From contig NW_025963791.1 in the NCBI RefSeq assembly GCF_023055435.1, forward strand, positions 32,736,001 through 32,800,000: a stretch of DNA of 64,000 nt, written 5' to 3'. Below the pieces are notes generated by a model. That model ran no database searches, was not told the DNA's origin, and saw only the letters and a program-made list of their open reading frames with translations. Below are positions 63,309 to 64,000 of this stretch, piece after piece. Source of the stretch: Haliotis rufescens. Taxonomy: Eukaryota. How positions within the stretch are numbered: position 1 is the first letter of the stretch; the number at the start of each line of letters is the position of its first letter. A program made the translations under genes and the position numbers.

Positions 63309-64000
63309 TTCTCCGTTACCCTGAGCGGGGCCCGTCGACCTCTCTGGTGTTTATCACCACAGATTAGAGGGCTCTACTGCGTTCCGCATTCGCTCTTAGG
63401 TCAGTGCTAGTTTTGGCATTCCCGCCTCATACTATTTCTGTCACCTATTTCGGGTTCCCTCTTTTGCATCGACTCTCGTTTCCTTTCACAGGAATGGTCG
63501 CTGGTGTTCCGGTCATCGCTTGTCCATGCGGTGCGATTTCATCGGACCTTTGTCGAGGGTTTTCTTCTGGCTCACATCTGAAGGTATGCCCACCGGCCGT
63601 GCCGTCTGATAAAGATGCAATACGGAGTAATGCAGGATAAGTTAAAAAATTTAGTAAAATCTAAATATTTTTTACATTTGTATACTTATCCTGCATTACG
63701 AAGTCTAAGTGCCCCCCCTGCGCTCCGCTTCCTCCCCACGAAGTTTCCGATGTTATGTTAAAGCAGTTATGAGTTTTGACATGACGTCATGTCTTCCGGG
63801 TCACGTGCCGACTGTGTGGGAGGGGGCGCTGCTTCCTGGACAGATGGAAACAACTTTCTTCAGCAGCTGGATCTCACACAGTTCGTCTCTCTGTCAAAGA
63901 CAGCAGTAAATGCAATACGGAGTAATGCAGGATAAGTATACAAATGTAAAAAATATTTAGATTTTACTAATTTGACATTCACGATCTTGTAAACAATGCT

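Larger units (their letters stand above)
57813..63973 (+). mobile_element. DIRS1-like tyrosine-recombinase retrotransposon, full length, in intron 3 of MRPL58
   Basis: 178-bp inverted terminal repeats at 57820-57997 and 63760-63937 (no mismatch seen by eye). Right extension 63938-63970. Internal complementary region 63615-63699 complementary to both termini. TTT at both ends. gag, RT/RNase H/MT and YR ORFs present. Confidence 0.97.

Overview
Eukaryotic, intron-rich, AT-rich animal DNA; the SINE repertoire suggests a mollusc, probably a gastropod (inference). Four spliced genes can be reconstructed by hand from GT-AG sites and reading-frame phases. (1) A C4orf45/SPMIP2-like gene (+, exons 1906-6632, first coding exon not found). 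(2) A complete 15-coding-exon annexin A7/A11-like gene (-, 36743-16245, 556 aa). (3) A small 198-aa death-domain protein (-, 52375-48275) with NF-kB- and IRF-like motifs at its 5' end. (4) The first three exons of ICT1/MRPL58 (+, 54493-56559), whose third intron carries a structurally complete, recently inserted but doubly frameshifted DIRS1-like tyrosine-recombinase retrotransposon (57813-63973). Introns and intergenic DNA hold four SINE-like families sharing one 3' tail type, several MITE families, palindromic elements and three tandem arrays (105, 39 and 69 bp units). The most unusual signal is that the arrays coincide with splice sites. The 105-bp x19 array is an amplified intron/exon junction of annexin, giving 17 intact decoy acceptors each followed by an in-frame stop. 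The 69-bp array amplifies a putative 3'UTR splice donor just inside the NMD distance limit. The 39-bp array is an open Cys/Glu-rich frame bracketed by in-phase splice sites. A second candidate novelty is a non-tRNA-headed short retroposon with a 5' stem/pseudoknot that shows a compensatory base change between copies in this window.
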